64,000 nucleotides of DNA, taken from IMG/VR virus record IMGVR_UViG_3300049982_000337, positions 11,097-75,096 of that record; one strand, given 5' to 3'. The stretch comes from a virus (Duplodnaviria; Caudoviricetes). Below are positions 7,664-15,916 of the stretch, piece by piece. The stretch's first letter is position 1, and each line of letters opens with the position of its first letter. The position numbers and the translations under genes are program-made. The notes under the pieces were generated by a model. It had not been told where the DNA came from and searched no databases. It saw nothing but the letters and a program-made list of their open reading frames with translations.

Positions 7664-8107
7664 ATGACGGACCTGATGATGGAAATCTTCGATGGAGTTG
7701 GGGGAAGACGCCCCCTTCCTCGCCTCCCGCGTGAGCTGCGGAAGGCCATCGCCACCTATGTGGCGATCCACGCTCCGAGAGGCCGCCGCAAGTGGGCGGA
7801 GGAGCGCTGGGGCCTCACCTCTGACCAGGCGCGAAGCGTCTGCGACGGCACCGCCTCGCTGAGCACGCTCCAGGTCATCTTCAAACACCCGAATGGCGGC
7901 TGGGCCCTGCTGATCCCGGTCATGGGCGCCGTCATCGGCCAGGAACTCGACGACTTCATCCAAGACGAACGGAAACGCCATGTCGAAGACGCCCTTCGCT
8001 CCGATGCGCTGGGCCGCGATCTGCGCGCTCTGGCTCCTGGTGGCCCTGGTGCTGCCTCCGAGCTGGCTTCTGCGCCAGACCGGTCGTGGAGGGCTCGCAG
8101 TGGCTGA
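7664..8107 (+). CDS. Hypothetical phage regulator (CII-position gene)
   Basis: HTH-like RKWAEERWGLTSDQARSVCDG; position after cro. Confidence 0.55.
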   Translation: MTDLMMEIFDGVGGRRPLPRLPRELRKAIATYVAIHAPRGRRKWAEERWGLTSDQARSVCDGTASLSTLQVIFKHPNGGWALLIPVMGAVIGQELDDFIQDERKRHVEDALRSDALGRDLRALAPGGPGAASELASAPDRSWRARSG

Positions 8108-8251
8108 AATCGCCCGCGACGGCATCCGGCGCCTTCGGGGGCCTCCTGCTCAGAGAACATACCGGGATCGGTGATCGCTCAGCGAGCGACCCGCCCACAC
8201 CTTAAACCCCACCGGCCGCGGGGATGAGCGGTCTGAAGAGAGGAGGGCGGC

Positions 8252-8944
8252 ATGCCCCGCTCCAAGACGGCGAACGACGACCGACCAGCGACGATCCCGA
8301 ATAAGCAAGAGCGTGCTGACCTGCTGAGCCACCACATGGTTCTCCTGCGCGCCCAGGAAGTCCGCCTGGCCAGCAAGAAGGCCGAGCTCGACGAGCTGCG
8401 GGCCGAATACTCCGAGGAGCAGCAAACCCTCACCGACCTCTTCCTTCAGGCCAAGTCCGACACCCGCATCGAGCGCCAGATGCTCGAGCGCGCCCTGAAG
8501 GTCGAGAAGTCCGGCGTCCGTGCGGCGCATAAGGAGGCCGCGGATTGGAACTTCGTCTGCGAAGCCCTGGGCTATCCCTACCAGCCGGATATGTTCGGCA
8601 CCGACGCCACGCCCGAACCGGCGAAGGACCTCCTTTTCTGGGAGGCTGAGGGCTACCTCAACGGTCGTCGCGCCGGCGATCCCGCGGCGCCCAAGGGCTG
8701 CACCGGCGAAGCGCTCCAAGCGTTCCTGAAGGGCCGAGACAAGGGCCAAGCAGAGAACGGCCTGGCTCTCGGCCGCGCCAAGAACGTCATCGAGGCGAGG
8801 GCCACGCCCTCCGTCGAGCCGCCCGTCGACCTCAACTCTGAGGAAGGCCAGGAGGCCATCGACGACGCGGCGAAGAAGCTCAAGAAGAGCGACTTCATGA
8901 AGACCGGCGGTGACGACGCCGGCGCCCAGGCGAGCGCCGCCTGA
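8252..8944 (+). CDS. Putative GapR/DUF2312-like protein with an acidic C-terminal extension
   Basis: Strong GAGGAGG RBS. EEQQTLTDLFLQAKSDTRIERQMLERALKVEK...EAADWNFVCEALG resembles the GapR pattern EI...IKEVYAEAKG.GFD.K.L..VV..RK.......E.A..DLY..A.G. Confidence 0.5.
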   Translation: MPRSKTANDDRPATIPNKQERADLLSHHMVLLRAQEVRLASKKAELDELRAEYSEEQQTLTDLFLQAKSDTRIERQMLERALKVEKSGVRAAHKEAADWNFVCEALGYPYQPDMFGTDATPEPAKDLLFWEAEGYLNGRRAGDPAAPKGCTGEALQAFLKGRDKGQAENGLALGRAKNVIEARATPSVEPPVDLNSEEGQEAIDDAAKKLKKSDFMKTGGDDAGAQASAA

Positions 8945-9363
8945 TGCGCGCTCCGGCCATGCGCGGTTTCAAGGCCGCCCCGATTAAGGAGGTCAGCCTC
9001 CACATGACGGTCGCGGCGCTGATCCGGCGCGCATGGCCGGAGCATCTGCCCTGGTGGCACACGCCGAACGGTGAGCAGCGGGACAAGCGCGTCGCCGGCA
9101 AGCTGAAGGGCATGGGCGTCCTGGCGGGCGTGCCCGACCTCATCTTCATCATGCCCAACGGGCAGGCGTCGTTCATTGAGCTGAAGCGGAAAGGAGAGGG
9201 CCTCTCAGCAGACCAGCTGGTGGTTCACGACAAGCTGCGCGCGCTGGGCTGCGCCTACGAGACCTGCCGGACGCCCGAGGAGGTCGAGGACGTCTTGGAG
9301 CGCTGGCTTGGAGCCTTTGGCCTGACCCTGCGCTGCCGCATCATACGCCCGAGGGCGGCATGA
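8944..9363 (+). CDS. VRR-NUC domain nuclease
   Basis: WWHTPNG...GVLAGVPDL...FIELKRKGEGLSADQ (PD-(D/E)XK). Confidence 0.9.
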   Translation: MRAPAMRGFKAAPIKEVSLHMTVAALIRRAWPEHLPWWHTPNGEQRDKRVAGKLKGMGVLAGVPDLIFIMPNGQASFIELKRKGEGLSADQLVVHDKLRALGCAYETCRTPEEVEDVLERWLGAFGLTLRCRIIRPRAA

Positions 9364-9947
9364 GCGCCCCGGCCGCCACGAGCAACTCACCAGGCTCCAC
9401 TTCGCCAGCCCGCCTGAACGCCCATCGCGCCATGGCACAATCCGCCGGCTGGAACGATGAACGGATTGAGCATCTCAAGAAAGAGTGGGCAGCAGGTCGG
9501 TCTGCGAACCAGATCGCCGCGGATCTCAAGCTCACGCGCAATGCCGTGATCGGAAAGGTTCACCGCCTTGGCCTCAACAGGCGCAGCGGATCGCCGGAGC
9601 CTCGCCGGATGCACATGGCCGCGCCGCGCCCCAAGGTGGCGAAGGCGCCCCAGCCGAGACCGCAGCTCATGATCGCGAGCAATGGGTGTGTCGTCGAGAA
9701 GGCCGAGCCCAGACCGCCGCGTGTCCAGATCCCGGCTCGTGTCGAGGGACCGGGTTCCGCGACTCTGCTGACCGTCGGCGCCCACATGTGCAAGTGGCCG
9801 ATCGGCGATCCGATGGACAAGGAATTCACCCTCTGCGGCCGCGGCCGCGAGCGCGGGTCCTACTGCGCTTCCCATGCCGCCCTGGCCTATGCACCGGCGT
9901 CGAGCACACCCAAGGAGCTGATGCGCGGCCTGCGGAGGTACGTATGA
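9360..9947 (+). CDS. gcrA: GcrA cell-cycle regulator homologue
   Basis: GWNDERIEHLKKEWAAGRSANQIA...TRNAVIGKVHRLGL N-domain and LLTVGAHMCKWPIGDP...FTLCG...GSYCASHAALAY C-domain. Confidence 0.93.
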   Translation: MSAPAATSNSPGSTSPARLNAHRAMAQSAGWNDERIEHLKKEWAAGRSANQIAADLKLTRNAVIGKVHRLGLNRRSGSPEPRRMHMAAPRPKVAKAPQPRPQLMIASNGCVVEKAEPRPPRVQIPARVEGPGSATLLTVGAHMCKWPIGDPMDKEFTLCGRGRERGSYCASHAALAYAPASSTPKELMRGLRRYV

Positions 9948-11422
9948 GCGGCCGCGCCCAGGGCGGAGGTTGCGTCACCGCCCTCTCCGCCGAGAACATC
10001 GCTGCGGCCCTCGTCATCTCGGCCAAGGTATATGGCGACGCGACGTTAAAGGCGGTCGCCGCCAAGAGCGGGATCCTGAGACGATCCCTGCCACCGGCTT
10101 GCGTTGGCCTGCATCTGGCCACCGGCGCGCCGATCGCGCGGGTGGCCGCGCTGATCGGCCTCAGCCATCGCAACGTCATTACCGCTCGCACCAACGCGGA
10201 CGGCCGTTTCACGACGGCGGTTGAGCAGGTGATGGCCGCGCTCGGCGCAACAGAGACCGAAAAGCCGTCCAGACCGCGACCTTGCCCGCCCGTCGAAACC
10301 GTGGCGCCTGTTACGGCGCCTTCGCCGAAGCCGGTGACGCCGAAGGATCGACCGCAGATCGCGGCGCAGTTCGCCGACCTTCGCCGCGTCCAGGACGACC
10401 TGGTCATCAAGGCAATCTCGGTCGCTTCGACCGCCAGTGCAGATGGCTACGCCTACCTAACCCTTGGCGCTCTCGCGGTAGCCACGGACGTGCCCAAGGG
10501 CAGCATCCTCTTCGTGGTTCGGCGGCTGGTCGAGGCCGGCCGGCTTGAAGTCCGCAAGGTGGACACGGCCAAGGGCGAGGTCAGGCAGCCCAATGGTTAC
10601 CGCGTGGCCGACATGGGCCGTGCGGATCCGATTCAACAGCCTTCATCTCAGGTCGCCGCTTGTGCGCCCCCATCGTCTCCCCGGGCAGCGCCTGAGGAAC
10701 GGGCACCCGCGATCCTCGATGGCAAGGTCTCGTCGGTCGACCGCCTTCTCGCCGCGATGCGCGCCGTGGCGACGCCGGATGGCCGGGCCTTCGTGGTTCC
10801 ATTGGAGATCTGCGCGGTTGCCCAGGTCCTGTGGACGAGCTGGGACACCCTGAAAGGCAAGCTGATAGCTCGAGGCGACCTCAAGCTCATCCTTGCGGGG
10901 AAGGTCGATCAGCCCTGGACGTTCTGGGTCTCGACCGGCGAGCGGGGACGGGCGCTGGCGGCTGCCGAGCCAGCCGCGGCCCCTAAAGCTGCACCTCCGC
11001 CGCCGGCCCCGGCCGCGCCGGCGCCGGCCCGCACGGTGGCGACGCGACCGGTCCCGGCTGTTCGGCCCCCGGGCCCGAAGGCGGAGCCCTGGCTTGAGCA
11101 GCGATCGGTTGTGCCGGCCCGCGCACGTCAACACGAGCCGGAGACCCCGACGCTGCCGGTCCCGCCGCGTGCTGACGCCGCGCTTGGGCTGGACGAGTGG
11201 GACGATGGCAAGCCCGGGCCCAAGGCGCTGCGCCACCTGAAGGCTCACGCCTGCCGGTGGCCGATCGGAACGCCGAAGCCGGGCTATGCCGATGAGCAGC
11301 TCTTCTGCGCCGCTCGCGCGCCGCTCGACGAACCGTACTGCGCCCAGCACCAGCCGATGTCCCGCCAGCGCGGGACGTCGCTCACCAAGCCGAAGGCGGC
11401 GCCAACCCGGACCATGCAGTGA
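9944..11422 (+). CDS. Multi-HTH protein with a C-terminal GcrA-type Cys domain
   Basis: Start at ATG 9944 (ATGA overlap). Several winged-HTH-like segments; C-terminus LKAHACRWPIGTP...LFCAA...PYCAQH. Confidence 0.7.
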   Translation: MSGRAQGGGCVTALSAENIAAALVISAKVYGDATLKAVAAKSGILRRSLPPACVGLHLATGAPIARVAALIGLSHRNVITARTNADGRFTTAVEQVMAALGATETEKPSRPRPCPPVETVAPVTAPSPKPVTPKDRPQIAAQFADLRRVQDDLVIKAISVASTASADGYAYLTLGALAVATDVPKGSILFVVRRLVEAGRLEVRKVDTAKGEVRQPNGYRVADMGRADPIQQPSSQVAACAPPSSPRAAPEERAPAILDGKVSSVDRLLAAMRAVATPDGRAFVVPLEICAVAQVLWTSWDTLKGKLIARGDLKLILAGKVDQPWTFWVSTGERGRALAAAEPAAAPKAAPPPPAPAAPAPARTVATRPVPAVRPPGPKAEPWLEQRSVVPARARQHEPETPTLPVPPRADAALGLDEWDDGKPGPKALRHLKAHACRWPIGTPKPGYADEQLFCAARAPLDEPYCAQHQPMSRQRGTSLTKPKAAPTRTMQ

Positions 11423-11628
11423 GCGACGAGATCAACGATGAAGCCGCCGCGATCGTCGGTAAGGCCTGCTCCGAGGCGAGAAGCCCCCCCGCTATGGCGG
11501 CGGCTTTGGCACGGATCGCCGGCAATGCCTTCGCCCGCTTCACGAGCCATGACGACGCCTTCTTGCTGCACACCAAGCGGGCTCGGGAGCACCAGCTGCG
11601 CATGGGCCAGAAGAGGCACCTGCGATGA
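11419..11628 (+). CDS. Hypothetical protein
   Basis: Coupled ORF. Confidence 0.5.
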   Translation: MSDEINDEAAAIVGKACSEARSPPAMAAALARIAGNAFARFTSHDDAFLLHTKRAREHQLRMGQKRHLR

Positions 11629-11870
11629 AAGCCTGGGTCGTCCCAATCGAGGCCGTCAGGGCCAGCGCCACGCTGATGGGGGCCCGGGTTCTGGCCCGGC
11701 TCGCGGGGGAGGGCGCAACGCTCCACCCGAACGCCACCGTCCAGCTCCTGCCGACGCAGGGCTACATGGCCACCGTCACCTATGTCGCCCAGCCGCGTGC
11801 GGAGCGCCAGTTCGCCGCCACCATCCCGCTGGAATGGGCGCCGCGCGAGAACCAGGCGGCGACCGCATGA
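11625..11870 (+). CDS. Hypothetical protein
   Basis: Coupled ORF. Confidence 0.55.
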   Translation: MKAWVVPIEAVRASATLMGARVLARLAGEGATLHPNATVQLLPTQGYMATVTYVAQPRAERQFAATIPLEWAPRENQAATA

Positions 11871-14368
11871 CCGACACCTATCAACAGCTCTTGGAAGACA
11901 AGGCCTGCCCGGCGCCGTCGACTGGCTTCCATGTTGAGCTCGACGAGCTGCATCCCTGGCTGAAGCCGCATGTCCGCGCCATCGCGCAATGGGGGATCGC
12001 CGGCGGCAGCCGCGCCTTCTTCCTCGCCTACGGGCTCCACAAGACGTCGCTGCAGCTGGCGGTGACCAGCACGATCGTCGAGCGCAAGGGTGGCGCCGGG
12101 CTGATCGTGGCGCCTCTCGGGGTCCGCGACGAGTTCTTCGGCGACGCCGCGACGATGGGCATCGACTTGCCGTTCATCCGCTCGAACGCCGAGATTCGCG
12201 ACGGCCAGGTCAACCTCGCCAACTATGAGAGCGTCCGGGACGGCAAGATCGACCCGCGGCTCTTCACGGCGACGTCGCTGGATGAGGCCGAGGTCCTGAG
12301 GAGCTTCGGGTCGAAGACCTATCAGGAATTCCTCCCGGCCTTCGCCGAGGTGCCCCACAAGTTCGTCGCGACCGCCATGCCTTCGCCGAACCGCTACAAG
12401 GAGCTGATCCACTACGCAGCGCATCTGGGCGTCATGGACAGCGGCCAAGCCCTGACGCGCTTCTTCGGGCGCAATAGTGAGAAGGCCAACGACCTCACCC
12501 TCTACCCGCACAAGGAGGAGGAGTTCTGGCTCTGGGTCGCGTCCTGGGCAATCTTCCTGCAGAAGCCCTCCGACCTCGGCTTCAGCGACGAGGGCTATAT
12601 CCTGCCGCCTATGGAGGTGCGCTGGCACGAGGTGCCGGCTGACCTGCGCGACAACACCCCGGAGAGCAACGGCCAGCTTCGCCTGATCCGCGACGCCGCC
12701 GTGGGCGTCCAGGGCGCCGCGCGCGAGAAGCGGGACACCCTGACGACCCGCATCGCCAAGATGAAGGAGCTGCGCGAGGCCGAGCCGGAGAACCACTTCA
12801 TCCTCTGGCACGACCTCGAGGATGAGCGCCGGGCTATCGAACAGGCGATTCCGGCGGCCGTCAGCGTCTACGGCTCGCAGGACATCGAAGACCGGGAAAA
12901 GGTGGTCAAGGCCTTCAAGGCCGGCACGATCACCGACCTCGCCGCCAAGCCGGTGATGCTGGGCGCCGGCGGCAATCTCCAGCGGCACTGCCACCGGGCG
13001 ATCTTCGCCGGCATCGGCTTCAAGTTCCGGGACGTCGCCCAGGCCTGGCACCGCCTCCAGCGGTTCGGCCAGGAGCACCCGGTCGTCATCGACATGATCT
13101 ACGCCGAGACCGAGCAGGAGGTGCGCCGGTCCTTCGAGGAGAAGTGGGAGCGCGACCGCGTCATGCGCGAGCGCATGAGCGAGATCATCCGGACCTATGG
13201 GCTCGGCAAGATCTCGACGGCCGTGGCGATGCGGCGGTCCATCGGAGTCGAGCGCGAGGAGGCCAGCGGCGAGGGGTGGTCGGCGATCAGGAACGACTGC
13301 GTCGATGAGGCCCGGCGGATGGACGACGACAGCGTCGGCCTTATGGTCACCTCGATCCCATTCGGGACGCAGTACGAATACTGCGAGAGCTACAACGACT
13401 TCGGCCACAACGACGACAACGCCGGCTTCTTCCGCCAGATGGACCATCTGACCCCGGAGCTGCTGCGGATCCTGCAGCCGGGCCGGATTCTGGCCGTCCA
13501 CGTCAAGGACCGGATCATCTTCGGCGCCGTGAGCGGCCTGGGCTTCCCCACCGTGGAGCCCTTCCACGCCGACTGCATCGCCCACTACACCAAGCACGGC
13601 TTCGCCCTGATCGCGGTCCGACCCATCGAGACCGACGTAGTTCGGGAAAACAACCAGACCTACCGCCTCGGCTATTCGGAGATGCGGAAGGACGCGACGA
13701 AGATGGGGGCCGGCTCGCCGGAATATGTCCTCTTCTTCCGGAAGCCGCAGACCGACCAGAGCCGCGGCTATGCCGACATCCCGATCACCAAGGCGGTCGA
13801 GGAATACAGCCTGGCCCGCTGGCAGATCGACGCCTCGGCCTTCTGGCGCAGCAGCGGCGACCGCATGCTGACGACGCGGGAGCTGGCCGCCATGCCGCCC
13901 CAGGTGCTGGCCAGGACGTTCAAGGCCCACTCGGAGCGGACCGTCTACGACCACGACGCCCACGTCGAGATCGCCGAGGCCCTGGCCGACCGGAAAGCCT
14001 TGCCGAAGACCTTCTCGGCCGTGGCCCTCGGCTCGCCGTCCGGCCAGGTCTGGACCGACATCGTTCGGATGCGGACCCTCAACTCGGAACAGTCGCTCGG
14101 CGGCCGTGAGAAGCACGTCTGCCCGCTCCAGATCGACGTCGTCGACCGGATCATCCGGTTCTATTCGAACAAGGGCGACCTCGTCTTCGACCCCTTCGCC
14201 GGCCTCTTCACGGTGCCGGTCCGAGCCTTGATGCTCGGCCGCCGCGGCGGGGGTAGCGAGCTGCACGACGACTACTGGCGCGATGGCGTTCGCTACCTGC
14301 GGATCGCCGAGCTCGAGGCCAACGCTCCGACGCTTTTCGACTTCCTGGAAACGGGGGAAGCTGCGTGA
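11867..14368 (+). CDS. SF2/SNF2-like helicase - DNA methyltransferase (N4/N6 family) fusion
   Basis: Start at ATG 11867. GLHKT Walker A-like, SLDEAE, ATAMPSPN, helicase-C GAGGNLQ/HRLQRFGQ. MTase VTSIPF (motif IV variant) precedes VFDPFAG (motif I). Confidence 0.88.
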   Translation: MTDTYQQLLEDKACPAPSTGFHVELDELHPWLKPHVRAIAQWGIAGGSRAFFLAYGLHKTSLQLAVTSTIVERKGGAGLIVAPLGVRDEFFGDAATMGIDLPFIRSNAEIRDGQVNLANYESVRDGKIDPRLFTATSLDEAEVLRSFGSKTYQEFLPAFAEVPHKFVATAMPSPNRYKELIHYAAHLGVMDSGQALTRFFGRNSEKANDLTLYPHKEEEFWLWVASWAIFLQKPSDLGFSDEGYILPPMEVRWHEVPADLRDNTPESNGQLRLIRDAAVGVQGAAREKRDTLTTRIAKMKELREAEPENHFILWHDLEDERRAIEQAIPAAVSVYGSQDIEDREKVVKAFKAGTITDLAAKPVMLGAGGNLQRHCHRAIFAGIGFKFRDVAQAWHRLQRFGQEHPVVIDMIYAETEQEVRRSFEEKWERDRVMRERMSEIIRTYGLGKISTAVAMRRSIGVEREEASGEGWSAIRNDCVDEARRMDDDSVGLMVTSIPFGTQYEYCESYNDFGHNDDNAGFFRQMDHLTPELLRILQPGRILAVHVKDRIIFGAVSGLGFPTVEPFHADCIAHYTKHGFALIAVRPIETDVVRENNQTYRLGYSEMRKDATKMGAGSPEYVLFFRKPQTDQSRGYADIPITKAVEEYSLARWQIDASAFWRSSGDRMLTTRELAAMPPQVLARTFKAHSERTVYDHDAHVEIAEALADRKALPKTFSAVALGSPSGQVWTDIVRMRTLNSEQSLGGREKHVCPLQIDVVDRIIRFYSNKGDLVFDPFAGLFTVPVRALMLGRRGGGSELHDDYWRDGVRYLRIAELEANAPTLFDFLETGEAA

Positions 14369-15051
14369 AGCCCCGGATCCTCGACCTCTACTGCGGAGCC
14401 GGCCTTGCCGCAGAAGGCTACGTGCGCGCGGGCTTCGAGGTCGTCGGTATCGATATTGAACCGCAGCCGCGCTACCCGGGCGACCAGTTCATCCGCGCCA
14501 GCGCCCTGGAGCAGGACCTCCGATTCCTGCGCTCGTTCCACGCGATCCATGCCAGCCCGCCCTGTCAATTCGGCTCGGCCATGCGCCATGCGCCGAACGC
14601 GAAGACCCACGCCAACCTGATCCCGGCGACGCGGAAGCTGCTGAAGGCCTCGGGCCTGCCCTACGTCATCGAGAACGTCGAGCAGGTCCGCCCGCACCTC
14701 ATCGATCCGATCATGCTGTGCGGCTCCATGTTCGGACTGTCGGCCGGCGGTCACCAGCTCCGGCGCCACCGGCTGTTCGAGACCAACTTCGCCGTCCCTG
14801 AGAGGACCTGTCGCCACAAGACCCCCGTGATCGGGATCTACGGCGGGCACGTCCGCAACCGCGCGGCCGGCCACGGAGGCCGAGGCACCGCGGACTTCAT
14901 CGGTCAGGACAAGAAGGCCCTCGCGCTCGAAGCCATGGGGCTGACCCGCGAGTTGACGATGGACGAGATTTCGCAGGGGCTGCCGCCGGCGTTCACGGCG
15001 TACATCGGCCAGCACTTGCTCGCCCACCTCCATCAGGCGAGGGCGGCGTGA
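14365..15051 (+). CDS. DNA cytosine-C5 methyltransferase-like protein
   Basis: LDLYCGAG (motif I), HASPPCQ (catalytic PC), IENV (motif VI), RRHRLFE (motif VIII). Confidence 0.85.
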   Translation: MKPRILDLYCGAGLAAEGYVRAGFEVVGIDIEPQPRYPGDQFIRASALEQDLRFLRSFHAIHASPPCQFGSAMRHAPNAKTHANLIPATRKLLKASGLPYVIENVEQVRPHLIDPIMLCGSMFGLSAGGHQLRRHRLFETNFAVPERTCRHKTPVIGIYGGHVRNRAAGHGGRGTADFIGQDKKALALEAMGLTRELTMDEISQGLPPAFTAYIGQHLLAHLHQARAA

Positions 15052-15221
15052 CCTGGTCGCTGATCATCCCACACGGCGCCGAGTTGGAGTTCGCCTGCAC
15101 GGGCGCGTTGACCATCAGGCATCCGAAGCTGCCGACCGTCCGCGTCCGCTCTCGCGAACCAGGCCGCTTTGTACTGGGCCCGATCACGACCGAAGGCCAG
15201 CGGCTGGAGCTGCGCCGATGA
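15048..15221 (+). CDS. Small hypothetical protein (57 aa)
   Basis: Not in the ORF track; GTGA and ATGA overlaps at both ends. Confidence 0.5.
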   Translation: MTWSLIIPHGAELEFACTGALTIRHPKLPTVRVRSREPGRFVLGPITTEGQRLELRR

Positions 15222-15916
15222 TCATGATCGCGTACGCCAGCAGGACCGGAACCAAGCGCAACCTCGCCCTCATGAAGGCCGCCAACCTGATGGCCGGGTC
15301 GGCGGTCTGGCGGCTGATGGTCTCGGCGCGGGGGGTGCTTCGTTCCGAGGGCTTCCGCTACGCCCTCGACAACGGTGCCTGGACCGCCTTCCAGGAATGG
15401 CTCGCCGGCAAGCGTTTGGTGAACCTGCTGGACCTAGTCGCCTTCCTCAAGGCGGTCCGCCTGCTGGGCCGGGATGCCGACTTCATCGCCCTGCCTGACA
15501 TCGTCATGGGCGGCGAGGCCTCCCTGGACCTGTCGTTGGCTTGGCTGCGGTGGCTTCGCCGCTGGCGATCACTGCGCGGCGTTCGGTTCATGCTCGTGGT
15601 GCAGAACGGGATGGACGAAGGTCCGATGCTGGCGCGCATCAAGCGGGTGGTCGGCCCCAAGGTGGGCGTCTTCGTCGGCGGCGACACTTCCTGGAAGATC
15701 GCGACCATGAAGTTCTGGGCCGAGTTCGCCCATGAGCGCGCCACGATCTGCCATGTCGGCCGGGTCAACACCCCGCGGCGCATCCGCATCTGCGCCGACG
15801 CCGATGTGGACAGCTTCGACGGATCGGGCCTGAGCCGGTTCGCTGTCAACATCCCAGCCATCGAAGCCGCCCGTCAGCAGCCCGACATGTTCGGTCACCG
15901 GAGATTGGCGGCATGA
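15218..15916 (+). CDS. TGT-fold (DpdA/queuine tRNA-ribosyltransferase-like) base-exchange enzyme
   Basis: Motifs in TGT order: YALDNGAW, LPDI, VVQNG, FVGG, HVGRVN, VDSFDGS. Confidence 0.7.
   Translation: MIMIAYASRTGTKRNLALMKAANLMAGSAVWRLMVSARGVLRSEGFRYALDNGAWTAFQEWLAGKRLVNLLDLVAFLKAVRLLGRDADFIALPDIVMGGEASLDLSLAWLRWLRRWRSLRGVRFMLVVQNGMDEGPMLARIKRVVGPKVGVFVGGDTSWKIATMKFWAEFAHERATICHVGRVNTPRRIRICADADVDSFDGSGLSRFAVNIPAIEAARQQPDMFGHRRLAA

Noticed and set aside
9485-9943. N-terminal extension of the 645-aa ORF
   Set aside because: Overlaps gcrA out of frame; the real start is the ATGA-coupled ATG at 9944.
11780-14266. 828-aa minus-strand ORF
   Set aside because: Antisense shadow of the helicase-MTase gene, caused by high-GC codon bias; no motifs.
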